A stretch of DNA of 64,000 bases from Antedon mediterranea (Eukaryota > Animalia > Echinodermata). This document shows positions 12,131 through 25,690 of this stretch, one piece after another. Below the pieces are notes generated by a model that saw only the letters and a list, made by a program, of their open reading frames with translations, was not told where the DNA came from and did no database searches. The first letter of the stretch is position 1. Each line of letters opens with the position of its first letter. Position numbers and translations under genes: made by a program. The DNA lies in the NCBI RefSeq assembly GCF_964355755.1, contig NC_092675.1, forward strand, positions 22,168,912-22,232,911, written 5' to 3'.

Positions 12131-15100
12131 AATTTGTCATTGCTCTGTTATTTCTAATAATACTAATAATACAATTTAGGGCTAGTTTGTTTTGTACTTT
12201 ATGGATACACAGGACTATTTTATAACTCTCAGAAATTAACTGGATAACCACCGCATCATACTATAATAATGTTCATTAATTTAATATAATTTATAATAAT
12301 ATTTAGTACTTATTGTTTCACCTGTAATGTTTTATAATTTTTAAATTAAATGAAAACTGATTTATCGTAATCTGAATATGATTATTGTTTGTTGATATGC
12401 CCATATAAGAGTGCAAACTGTCACGGTTTGAAATAGGAACAGATTATATACTGTAATCCCTTGTGATCCTATTCTAATCCTAAATAATCACAATCGAGAT
12501 CAGTTTCCAGCGCGTATATGGACGCAAATAACAGATTTGTGTACTTAAAATAGTTATCAAATTATTGTCGGATTAAGACACTATCATGAATCGTTGAAAC
12601 ATTATTATTGTAAGCTTTCTAATTTGTTGTAAAGGGACTGTCTTTAATTATGAGGTGTTTGGAACTTGATAGGATGTAATCCAAATTCAAACATCGTTTT
12701 AATGAATGTTCTGTAACTAGTCGTGTTGTAGTGGTCCCTGGGGCTGACGTGCTTTGCTAGTGGCCATTATGTATTTATCTGTAATCAGAAACATTAAATG
12801 TAAAGAAGATTTTCTGTTCCCACGCCATCGCCTATTGTCGTCTGAAACGTCTGAATCTAATAATTATATAATTATTGAAACTAAACTCTTTTTTTAAACA
12901 TCGAGTGACAAATAATCGATGCGTTCTTACAGGTAACAGGGCAATATAATGTTTAAACATTACCAGTCCCTATCCAGTGGACACTCTATTAAGAAATCAC
13001 GTTGTCGGGCCACGAAGGTGTACAGGTTGTTCTACTGTATATATAAAAGTATAAGACGTTACTTGCGCAATTCTTCTTTCTTAATGTGTTAATATATCGG
13101 TATGTTTGCCTTTCGATATGGCGCCACCATTTTCAACAAATCATGAATCTAAACTTTCATTGCGTTACGTTTAATGGTTTTATTTAAAGAAACTTATTAT
13201 TCTATTGGTTACGGTCAAAATGTCGTTAGAAAGAATATTATAGTCTATGTGACTTGCAGATATTTTTATTGGCCTATATCGTAATTTAGTTATGATTGTA
13301 ACACAGAAAGATTTTTAGCGAAACAAAAGAATTTGAGAAATCATAGGATTGATTTTCCGTTTCTGTCACTCCATCTGAAAGTTATTACGTTCAATTTTGG
13401 AAGATTATGCACATTATACAACTTGTTTCATTTTTGACAAATACACTAATTTATGGCTGTGTGTGTGTGTTACTTTAGGCCTATGCTTGTCCAACCTCAT
13501 AGCTTGTATTTAGTCAATTAATTTCTTCGTCGCGTTTTTGCCTTACTTCATTTCTCGCCAATATTACCACTCTTTATAAAAGCCGAAAGCTGTTTCCGAT
13601 GATTTCATGAAATTAAATTTAAAACATTGCAAATTAAAAGTCAACATCGTTGAAGAGAAACTATAATTGCTTCTTTCGTCGATTCAATTTGCATTATGAC
13701 TTCGTTTTTAATTAATATAGATTTTATTTTATAAAACATTAGTGTTTGATGGTACAGTATTTGCAAGTGGTCAGTAGATAACCGGACATGTGCTAGTACG
13801 TTCTACTACTGTATGCAGTAATAGGCTAATTTGATATGCCCAATAGGATATCCATTGACACTATTCAGGATGACAATTCACTATCTATAAGACATTCAAT
13901 CGAATTTCGTTTTGTCTAATATTAGTTGTCACTTTGACATTTAGCATTACTATTTCGTACACAAAATATTTATTTTTAAAGCACCAATTTATTAAACCAC
14001 AATTCCTAATGTATTAATATTGTCTACAGCAATTTAAAATGTTTTATTTCAGTCCGCCGAGAAATACATAATAGGTTTAAAGGAAAGAACATCCATATTC
14101 ATGACACACCCATCATCGAACCAACGAAAATATGTTTTAACCCTCTGGTCAAACCCATTCATGAATCAACACTAGAGAACACTTTCCTTGGAAACAAACT
14201 AGGAAAATATACGTTTTAACACTATACCTATATAGGCCTATACCCTTTGTAGGCTCCTGAAGGTGTCCCTTTAATAATAATTTTACTGTACTGTCTTGTT
14301 AAACATATGAATCATAGGCCTAATATGCGTATCGTCAAAGTGTAATACTAACAACATAATACACCAGAGTATGACAACACAGGTGAATAATGTAATAACA
14401 TTATGCAGTTTAGACATTGCAGTAACTATGTTTCTTTTTTATTTAATATTAAATAGTAGGAACGTACACGTGAATTTGAAACTGTTCATGGAGAGCATTT
14501 GAAGTCCCTGCGATGTCTCATCCTTCGTCTTATGGCATTTCCTATACTGTCTGATTGTTTTTCTTTCTGGGCAATACTTGTATTTTTAAGTCCTATAAAT
14601 TATTAACGATTAATTCTGTTTGTACTAGATTGAGACATTCAGGTTGTGACAAATCGACAAATCGTCTAAAACGCAAACTTTTTTTAGTAAATGCTAAATT
14701 CTAAGTTTAGGGACGATATGTATAGTCAATCGAGTTCTTGATCCTCAATTAAAAGATTTTTTTACTAGTATTCCCGGATTTATACACATTAAATATAATC
14801 TCTTAATTATTTATTAGTAAAAATTAATTCCCGTACAACATGACGTCATTAATGATGTGTTGATCACGTTTACAATTCTAAATAATTATTTATGATGAAA
14901 CTTAAATGTACAGATCCCATAGTGTTGCTATAGTCTGCTAGCTTACATTTTTTAAATTTTCATTGCATCCCATAAGGTAGACATATGTGGATAGAAGCTT
15001 TTTTTAAAAACAAATCATTTAGAAAAGTTGTTGGTAACTTCTCGCCCCTATAATTTAATAGCAAATGTGATGCATTTCAGCAAGGCGTTAATTACATTTT

Positions 15101-15228
15101 GCTACCGAATCTATCAATGATTTAATAAAAGGACCAACTTATAAATGTGTCTAATTTTGTTAGGTCAATTCTCATCCCCTTTAATTTAGCTTTGTCATGA
15201 ATAGAAAGTTCACTGACCATTTTCTGCG

Positions 15229-16031
15229 TATCTTTTAATATGTTAGGAAGACAAGCTATCTCCATTTGGTTTGGTCACTTCTCAGACCTTTTAGCTAAGT
15301 CATGGAGCATCAAGGTTCTCCAGGCCTATAATAATGTTCAGTATCTTTCAATATGTTATAGGAAGACAAACTATCTCCATTTGGTTTGGTCACTTCTCAT
15401 ACCTTTTTAGCTAAGTCATGGAACATCAAGGTTCTCCAGGCCTATAATAATGTTTTGTTGCTACATCTTTCAATATGTTAAAGAAAGACAAACTATCTCT
15501 ATTTGGTTTGGTCACTTCTCAGACCTTTTAGCTAAGTCATGGAGTATCAAGGTTCTCCAGGCCTATAATAATGTTTTGTTGCTCATCTTTCAATATGTTA
15601 AAGGAGTACAAACTATAATCTCTATTTGGTTTGGTCACTTCTCAGAGCTGTTAGCTAAGTCATCGAACATCAAGGTTCTCCAGGCCTATTAGGCCTAATA
15701 ATGTTTTGTTGCTACATCTTTCAATATGTTAAGAAGACAAACCATCTCTATTTGGTTTGGTCACTTTTAGAACTTTTAGCTAGGTCATATGAGCTTAAAG
15801 GTTCTCGAGGCCTATACTAATGTTTTGTTGCTACATCTTTCAATATGTTATAGGAAGAAGGCGTTTACGTGAAAACAACACAAACTATCTCTATTTGGTT
15901 TGGTCACTTCTCAGACCTTTTAGCTAAGTCATGGAACATCAAGGTTCTCCAGGCCTATATAGGCCTAATAATGTTTGTTACTACATCTTTCAATATGTTA
16001 TAGGAAGAAGGCGTTTACGTGAAAACAACAC
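15229..16031. repeat. Tandem array of a unit of about 120 bp, six copies plus a partial
   Basis: Repeating atctttcaatatgtta..gacaaactatct..atttggtttggtcacttctcagaccttttagctaagtcatggagcatcaaggttctccaggcctat. Confidence 0.95.
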
Positions 16032-17244
16032 ATTTAATTATGTGTCGATTTGTTCTTCCGAAGTTTGACCATGGGCCATCTTCCTGCACTTTACGGTTTA
16101 GAAACTTCAAGTCATTGTTTGTTTGTATGAAAACAATGTTATTGCCGCATCTGACATTTTGTTTTAATCTGATTTGGAATAATAAAATAGTCATTAATGT
16201 GATTCGATTGAATGTTTCAAAATTGTTATATATTTACTTTTAATGGTCCACTCTGCAAACTTCTTATGTATAGCCTGAAGTTATTGTAACAATAATATTA
16301 CAATCAAATCAAAGCTAAAACAAAAAGTTCGAATTTGTTGAAACCTGCAGGGAGTTGTCAATTGGCCCCCTGTTTAAACTATGAGGAAGAGCACGGTACA
16401 ATTATTAATTATTATTAATTAGTTATTTTAGATATGTGTTTGTTCTTTCGTCTTTTATTGTCAAATATATTTTCTTCTTATCGTTGTTACTTTATATCCC
16501 CCTCCCCTTCTTGTAATCGAACGTGCATTTACAAAACACTTTGAATTTGACGTTTATTAACTTTAAAGCCGTATATGGTCGTTAAACATGTATAATAGTT
16601 GTTGTTGTGTAAAATTATCGTAGTTCAGAGTCCAATTGAAAAGTGGCATGGTCGTTTATGTATAGGCAGGTATCTGAAGCTCTTTACGCGTCTTATACAG
16701 ATTGAGTTTTTACAATTAAAATGGTTTATTAGTAACACGTTATTGGATGTAAAATTGACGGCGTACTATCAGTAGCAGACTATTAATCTCGCGCGCAGTA
16801 TCGATCGTGCTAACTTGAGAATAACTACTTCGGATCCAAGGTAATGATGGCGATAAAGGATTTTTAGTGACACTTCTTTTTTAGTAAGTGAACATATGTC
16901 GTTATGACGGTAATCCTTTCTATCATGGATGAGGATAATTTGCACACTGTTTTGATCCAATATTGCATTCAAGTCACTTGAGCTTTAAGTGATTTTATTT
17001 TTTTCTATTGCTATACTTAGTTTATGATTTATCACTATCGTTTGTTATTATTGTCCTATTGAATTATACAATTGAAAACTAAGAAGCAAGTTTGTTTTAA
17101 TTAAAAATTAAAATTAAATAAAAAATTATGAAATTAAACAAAATTTAAATTGCCTTTATTTGATAAAGTAATGCAATACCGTAACGGCTATAAATGGAAT
17201 AGTTAATCTTATTTTTCCCTTTGATATAAAAATGATCTGTAATA

Positions 17245-17640
17245 AAACATCATCGCCTTCTTCATCTCCTTCGTCATCAACAGATCACTATCATCATTAA
17301 AGTAATCACCATTACCAACACAATTAAATACTGCAATCAATGTTGTTCTTATCAGCTACGTCAATCCATTAAACAACGTCATTATCATCAACATCATCAG
17401 TGAAAAATGACCATTACCGTAACAAATGTCGTTATCATTATCGTCGCATTACAATAATCAATGCCGGTTAATCGTAGGCCTACATTGGAGGAAGCATCAT
17501 CATAAATCGACGTCGCTTACGTCATTATCATATCCATCATTTGCAACTTGTCATCATAATCATCGTCGTCATCGTAATCACCGCAATCAACCTATTTCGA
17601 TGTATCATCATTGTTATCATCTTTATCATCTTATGATTTA
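17245..17640. repeat. Degenerate (CAT/CGT)n low-complexity tract
   Basis: Dense catcatc/tcgtcatc/ttatcatc trimers. This explains the His-rich ORF 17426-17773. Confidence 0.75.
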
Positions 17641-20063
17641 TATCGACATAGTCATTATGTTCAACAGCATTGTCTTCTCAACCGCTATGGCTTATTACGT
17701 TATCCGTCTAGTATTCTGTAATTTAGCCGTTTCACAAATTAACCTACAGAGTCTAATAATAGACACTCGGTAATTACCATGCATGTTGCAATTGGTAAAT
17801 CGGAAATTCGATTTTCTAACGCAGACCTGGTCATCTGTAAGGGGTGTCAATATGTCATTAGGACTAAAGGCCTACGTAAATAACATTGTGTTTTTTGTAG
17901 TAGTTATATATATATATTACTGTATAGCTGGTGACGTAAATGAATATTAGCTGTATTAATATTATATCTTAAAGCTGCAGCAGTCAATCTAAAAATGTTT
18001 GAAACTAACTTTTTTAACGCAGAATGTTATAGACCATACAATTTAGACTTGCCCTAAGTCTGTCTTATAGTTTCAAGTATTATTCGTATGAAACACCAGA
18101 AGTGCTAAAACATTTATCTTTTACTAATAGTCGAGATACAATCTAGAACCTACACATAACATTATGTTCCTAGTTTAAATGGTTAAGAGGGGCGCGTACG
18201 TGAATATTAACCGTATAGCCAATTGAAAGCTGGCAGCTAAGTTAATAATTTGCATACAAGTAACACAAATCCATTGAACATGGTATAGCCTAAAATAATA
18301 AATATTCTCATTGAGGACCTAGTGTTACTTTTTTCTAGTTTACTTAGAAGTTTTTGTTTTATGTAGGCCTATCAAGGAATAACTATTCCCTGTGCCGATA
18401 TTCCAAGCGTGGATCTAACAGTAACACGGGATCTATAAACAGTGAATCTATAGATTATTTAAATGTCCAACTGACAAAAATGTCCCTCGCAAACATTTGA
18501 CAACTAACATTAGCAAAACGGTACATGTCATTTATTTAATCGTTTCCTTACTTTGTCACTTTTTAAATGACAGTTGTAATCTACGTTAACACTCTTTTGT
18601 TATTGTGTCATTTCCGGTTTAAATTATTCCAATCAAGGAGTGATTAAAACAATTGCTGTTTCATGTCTTCAATAAATGTTACAATTTTGTACTAATCATG
18701 AGAGAGCAAACTCACTTTTGTCTTTAAAATTATACGTTTGACTTCTTGTGATTATGGTATTAGTAATGAAAATACAATGATTTTAACTTAATGTTGCTTT
18801 CTGGTGTCCATTAATTTTATTTATTATATTATTATTTTAAAAACAAAGAAGAAAGAATAGGCCTAAAGCAAGCAAGAACAAATTTTGAAATTTGAAATAA
18901 TTTATCAACAATATATGTAACATAGGCTTTATAGGTTCTGTTAGAAGATGTTCTGTTTTGTTAAAATGTATACATTTTTATAGTGTATTCAATACTGTAC
19001 TTATATCAAATGTTTGACTACATTTATGATACTTCAACAACCAACATAATGTCGTTAGCTTTGAATTGAATTAAATACTGTAAGTAGTTTCAACTAAATA
19101 ATAAAAAGAAACACGAACAATATTGTATGTATTAAAGCTTTTGAATATTAAATCAGGTCATTCATAGATAATTTGTAGTTTAATAGATTAAGAGAAAATA
19201 AAATATTAACAATTTGAGATTGAATTGATTATGGTAAAACCACCCGTGGAATATTATTTTAACATCCCTATTTAATAATTGACATAATAATACATTTATT
19301 TAATAATAGTGTGTTGAAATACACATTTTATTCTACAACAAATATATAATGTTCGCATGGTAAATTATTAGTTTTGTAGGCGAAGCGAATTAGCCTCCAG
19401 GGTGGCCAACTGCTTAAAAAACCTGGAAATCTCTATCAGACATTCGCAGGTGTAGGCGCCTAGAATTAATATTCCCCACCGTCTTTGTACTGCCGTATAT
19501 CATCAAATTCCACACTTGTCATCCGGTGAGTTTCCGGCCCAAGGCGTACCTTTTGTTGTAAACCAATTCTACCTGGTTTTCATATCGAAAAAACCGACAT
19601 CAATCAAGTAACTCCATGAATTACACGCTACATTTGTTCTTAGTTTACCTATGAAAAGTTTTAGACCATATGATTGTATAAGCTGAAGCTGTGTGGCCCA
19701 GTATTTTGACGTTTTTCCCGTACCAAGGACTACCTGAGCGTCGTATTACCATTAGTGGTGTCAACTTATAAACCATCAGGCCACAAACGAAATAATTATT
19801 GTTTGTGCTATTTTAAAATATTTATTTTACTTAGCCGTACACTGTTATTATTTATATTTCGCCCATGTTCAGGTGTTCGTACAACCAGGTTTGTGCGCAC
19901 TTTTCAGAATGGCAAATATGTGATTAGTGTAGGTCATATATAGGCCTACACACAAAAGCTATACAAGAAAACTGAAATGCACAGCAATTTCAGAAAAATA
20001 GTTAAAAGCTTCAAAATAGTCAGTTGTGCGTATTCTAGGTACAAAACTTTTATTCTTACTTAG

Positions 20064-20206
20064 AGATGTAGGCCTATTGTCCCTTGAAAAAAATAATTCT
20101 TAATTTTTTTTTTAATATGTCATTTTAATGTCACATAAGAGTTATCCAGAAAATGATTAGGCCTAACTTTATTAAAACTACAAAATAACCTGTTCAAAGT
20201 CTGATC
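20064..20206. mobile_element. Internally deleted copy of the Kolobok-like MITE carrying two GGCCTA insertions
   Basis: agatgta[ggccta]ttgtccc...gaaaaaaataattctt...tgatta[ggccta]actttattaaaactacaaaataac...ttcaaagtctgat. Confidence 0.75.
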
Positions 20207-20321
20207 TTGCTATTTTCAATTTTAAGCAACATCTTTTTACACATTATTTTGGTTCTCTTGGTTAACCTTGAATCAGATGTTATTGTTGGTAAAATAGGAT
20301 ATTAAGAGTACTAAGACACTC

Positions 20322-20398
20322 TACAGCTCACTATGTCGGTCGGTTAGTCGGTAAACACTAACTTGAGCACGCGACTGCAGCCATGTATATGGTCTTCT
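20322..20398 (+). mobile_element. Second copy of the Pearl/DINE-like element
   Basis: tacagctcactatgtcggtcggttagtcggtaaacactaacttgagcacgcgactgcagccatgtatatggtc, near-identical to 25541-25690 apart from the microsatellite. Confidence 0.65.
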
Positions 20399-23300
20399 TC
20401 ACTAGAGCTCCTGTTAGTTCAGGTAACCTTCATGGTTCAAGCGAGCTCTTATTCGGGAGCTTACAAAGAGTTGGAGAACGGGGGATTGAAAATGGTTTGA
20501 GTCTGTGTCACCTTCGTTCATCCTTTTCGATTAGTTGTTTTTTCCTGTTCTAAATCTCTTCGTAAATATTCGTAATAAATAGACGCCATAAGACAACCAT
20601 TAATATTATTTTGATAGTATTAGTAATTGCAGGACATGTACTCTATTCCTTTTAAACAATACCAGTATATTTACAATATACGTGACATTTAGTAACTGTA
20701 TGTCGACAATTATTTATATTTGTCATTTTTTCATAAGTTTCTGCAATTTCTTGCATTTCAAAATAAGATAGTTTTGATATTTGAGGCTGTAATCGGCTAA
20801 AAGTAAATAATGCCACCACACCTTAAGACTAGGCACTAAGGCAAATTAGGCTGTTAATATCCTTAATTATACTAATCATATACTTTTCTTAGGCCTATAA
20901 GAACGAAACTAAGGAAATATTTTCCCCTATTCATTGACCTGAAGATGAGAAACAAATTTGTTATTTTGTTTGGCCTTTCTGTAAAAATGTCTTATTGGCG
21001 CCAACACCTGCCTCAAATCAAACCCGACAGTAATTTGTTCGCTTGGACATTCCTGATTACATTTACAGCTGAATTGAATTGGCCTGCATGTTAAAACGTG
21101 AAAAGTAAATAACCAGGGGCAGAAAACGCTATCAAGCATATTCACCATATTAACACAATTTAGGTGTAATGTAATCATCGGTTGTTTTGTTATTTGTGTT
21201 ATTTATTTACAACCTGTGATAGTTGATGCAATATTTGACCTTCCGACTGTGAACAATAATCGCTTTCAGACCAAGAATGGTTAGAGGCTCAAAGCTAATA
21301 ATAATTGTTTAGAAATACATGACTGTGAAAGTGTTCTGTACTGTTGCACAATGAATTGTCTTATGTAACTGTTGTTTTAGGCTTGACTCATAAATAAAAG
21401 TTTTAACAAGCGCTTTGTTTAAGTTAGTTATTAACTTTTTAAAAAAAACAGGTTATATTCCCGATATAATTTCATCTGGATCCAAATGAATACAAATATA
21501 TAAAAAGAGAAAGCAAAAAGATGGAACTATTTCATTATATATAGTACATAATTATTCCTCTATTGTCCAAGAAAATGGAAATCACATTTTTCATGCCTGC
21601 GAATTATTATTACTATTATCTTAAATATTTTAAAGTATAGTCTCTCATCCCGATTTTAACGAGTTCATTTCTTTTTGCGTCACTGTAAATGGTTTTAAAA
21701 TTATGAAACAGTTACACATTTGATGAAAAAAGTCATTTAGGCCTATATTATGGAGATTTGGCTGCTTTTTGTATTGTGTGACGTTTTCCAGCATGAACAA
21801 TTTTTTTTCTAATTTTACATGCTTTTGTTTTCTAAATTGTTATGTTTCTTGACACAGGGAAGAGGGAATTACACTTTTCCCTGGTGGAACATAACAAGTT
21901 CAACATCGGTATTACACTCTTTATACCTTTGAATATCTAAACAAATGCCAAAAATATCAAATTCTTTTTTTTAACTGACCTGCAGTACTATATTCATTGT
22001 ATTGTTGAGTTATCTAAATTGTATTCGTTTAATATATGCGATGATTTCCTTAACACACACAGTTGCTGTCAAATAAAGTTATGGTTACCATCACACGGCT
22101 GTGCCGAGTTTTCCTGTACAACATTCAATCACATTATGCTAATATGAAGGTCATATTCAATATAATATCTAAACAAACAAGTATAACCCGTCAATGATTT
22201 GGCATTTTAATGTAGTTCATTATTAGGTATTGTCACATGTAGGCCTATCGAACATCACGCTACATGCTTTTGTATTGGAACTACAAACTACTTTTGTTGA
22301 GTTTTAGAACCGATATGGTACCGATATTTATCCTATAGTTTACGGCTTTATAAAGACGTTGCCTTTTTCTTCTATTGCCTTTTATGTTTAAAATATTTAC
22401 TTGATATGAGGTTGAATTTCTTCTCCATTTTATGTTATAAAGTGGACTTCATTTGATACTTTGGCCGAAAGTCATCTTCTTTGTACTTTTTAAAAATAAA
22501 ATAGTTTTTCTAATTTTCGTCATGATATTGAGACAGTTTTATGTTTATTGGCTAACTGTGAATCATGTGACGCGTTAGCAAAATTCACTCCTATACATTT
22601 TCATCTTTGATTAGCTATGTAGCACTCATTTACTTGAGTTTTTAAATTATATTTCGATCAATAACTCGAGTAAATCATTATTATGCTGTAATAATAACTT
22701 GCTACAATGGCGCCACCAAACTACTTCTCTACTTAAGTCATTTTGTTAACCGGGAAGGGGGAGTTTCTGAACATTTAGCACTTGTCCACCCTCTCAACGC
22801 AATTACGTCCGACTCTGATTTATCCTTGACCCAATGAAAGAAGAGCTTAAACAAAGGAATATGACTCCCGATATGACTCAAACCTCCCAGGTGATCAGCG
22901 ACTCTTGCTGTAGAAAATCGTCAAAAGGATAGACAGAGTCTTGAGCGTATGAAACGAAACGTTACAAAGTCAAAAGGAATCAAAGGTTGTAAAAACTGTA
23001 CATAATTAAATTTGTGTTATTTTATAACTAAAAGAATTAGATTTGTTACAGTTTCTTTCGTTCTTACTTTCTATTATACTTTAATGTTATTGGTTTAAAT
23101 TTGTTTTTCATTTTAGTTAGAGAGAAAACGTTGGCCTAAAGGCCCATATGGACGGTAACGATCGACAATAAATAGATAAACATACATTTTCTACAAAAAA
23201 GTTTTCTTCTAGAACCATAGGATAACCACTTATGCCGTCTTTGATTAAAAAAATAAAATTGTTTTATCCACTCAAAATGTAGTCATGATAAATAAGAACA

Positions 23301-25540
23301 ACATCTATCGATAGTATTGTTCTTACTAAATCTTAACATTTGATTGGACAAAGGCAGCGTAAGGTTCTATAATGAAAATGTTTCGACAGGTACCAAATTT
23401 AGTTTAGTTAGTGATAGCTTGTATAGGCCTACAATAGTTTATATCTCTCCAAATTAATATTGGCACTGTTTTAGGCCTACTGGAAATAAAATTCGTACCC
23501 AATCAATTGGTATTTATATAAGCTGAAAAGATTTATTCTTCATTCTATATGTTTTTACAATAAAAGTAATTGTTTTTTTAAATGAAATGTTACAGTGCTG
23601 TGAATCACAAAACGTAAAATTTGTTCTATTGGCTAGACCCCCATAGTCTCAAGGTTTTATCTGCTCCCAAGGCTCTGTTCTTGTCAATGAGGTAGCAAAA
23701 ATAATGCTGCATCATTCGTGAGTGAGACAGACCTGTCTCTCACCTAGGGAATACACACGAGACCTACTAAAATAATGTTTTCAAATAGACTAACAAGGCC
23801 AATTTCCTATTCGCTTGTATTCATATGCATAAAACCTTAAATATATATAGCTTAACCTATGATTTAAATAGGGCGATTTGTTGTACCATTTCAGTGATTT
23901 CCCCATCTAAAATGCAAGTCTTTTTTTACATCCGTTTTATTAATATTTACGAAAAACTCGCTATAGCTTCGGTAAACCGCAGAGGACAGGAGGTGTGTTA
24001 TCGATGCCACGATGGAAATTGTTCGATGTACCTACACACTACCCGGAAATCCGTCTGTTTCTTAAGGTGTTATCGCAGTAATTCAGAGCGACATTGTGTG
24101 GTTGATTTTTGCTAGTTAAAAAATATGAGAAGAAGAAGAAGACTGATTTATGTAATCTTAACGACAAAGTCTTGAAAGGAGGTTGTGGAGGAACTGCATG
24201 TTGAAGAGTGTGCAGTAGGGAGGCTCACGCGCGATGCAAACGTCACACAACGCAAATTTATCGCGCCGGTACGATGTTACAAAAGCATTACGTTGATTAC
24301 GCAACTGTAAAATGCCTAAATGATTGTCTATAATGAACAAGCAATCTTATTGGAAGCTGCTGACTTAATTACATCTTATAAATATATAAGATTGTAAAAT
24401 AATTTCATCATTACCGTAATACAAAACGGGTGTTTCGAAAACAGAGACCTAAAAAATAGAGATCCACAGGTTTCTGTTTTCTAGACCCTATATTACGTTA
24501 ATATTCAGATTTATTTTTTTTTCCAAATTTAGTATCAAAATATATTGCGTTATTATTGTTTAATAAAGGTATAATATGATAGATTAATTGAGTTAATATT
24601 GAATAATTTTTCCGTTATTGGTAATTGTATTATTTAGAGTAAAGCAATAATTTTCAGAATAAAGATAAAATGTATTAGGCATTAATGTCTTCATCACTTA
24701 TTTTACCTCATCATGCAAGCATGATTGTTCATTTTGTGAGTTATCGCCATGATTATGTTAAAATTAATAATTTTCAGTGTAGATTTTTTGAAACGTCACA
24801 GGAAATTGAGAAGGATTAATGTTGTCTTTAAATGCAACTGCTTTGATTGTCATAATGATGTGATGATTCGTGACCTATTTAACCCTTCAATGAGTCGGTA
24901 TTAATACTAATCTAGCCGGCATCAAGTGGGACTTGGTCTATAATTTTATAGGAAAGACGGATTAAGCCATACATGCTTTTCTGGAGCTTTTTGACGAATA
25001 TTTGTGTTGCGTATAATTGATAAAACCAGCCCCTTACTTCACGATGGATTGATTGATGATTTAATCATATCATATAACTGAGAAGTCCACGCTATATAAT
25101 CCACCCGAGATCCTGTCTATAAAGCTTTTATAAATAATATTCTTGATAAAATTCTGAAATGTATACAGTGGATGAATATACTTCCGTGTCTCGGGTATTT
25201 TTAAGACTTCGAAAAACTTTTTCCATTCGATGTTCAAATCGCGCGCGAAAGGAGTATTCCGTTGAGATTGATTGGGTGCGTTTGCTACTACCTATTCGTC
25301 AGTGTCAATCATGAAATAATATTAATGTATACAATAGGCCTAATTAAATTGTGTTTAACCATTAATATTAAAATAAAATTAGTTAAAACAATAAATAAAT
25401 AAACGGATTGACAAAAGATTCCGGGTACTATATTAATTCTAATCGGGGTTTTGCTCTGAACTACTTGGTAGGACCTATATAAGGCTATACATCATTGTAC
25501 CTGTTTAGTACCTGTATTGTTGCTTGTGATATTTAGTACG

Positions 25541-25690
25541 TACAGCTCACGATGTCGGTCGGTTGGTTGGTCGGTCGGTCCAGGGAGTTGTAATAATAAT
25601 AATATTTTACAACTCCCTGGTCGGTCGGTCGGTTGGTCGGTAAACACTAACTTAAGCACGCGACTGCAGCCATTTGTATGGCATTGTTTT
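25541..25690 (+). mobile_element. Microsatellite-bearing non-autonomous element (Pearl/Tsp/DINE-like, Helentron-associated)
   Basis: tacagctcac-gatgtcggtc-(GGTC/GGTT)n-ggtaaacactaacttaagcacgcgactgcagccat...tatggc-ttgtttt. A second copy is at 20322-20398. Confidence 0.65.
25580..25620. mobile_element. 41-bp hairpin mini-element nested in the GGTC microsatellite
   Basis: ccagggagttgtaa / ttacaactccctgg perfect 14-bp inverted repeat. It is absent from the sister copy at 20322. Confidence 0.7.

Noticed and set aside
15229-16031. Regular repeats (also 39735 and 52842) considered as CRISPR-like arrays
   Set aside because: They are head-to-tail tandem units without unique spacers, the context is eukaryotic, and there are no cas genes.
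17426-17773. 115-aa His-rich ORF
   Set aside because: A by-product of a degenerate (CAT)n tract.
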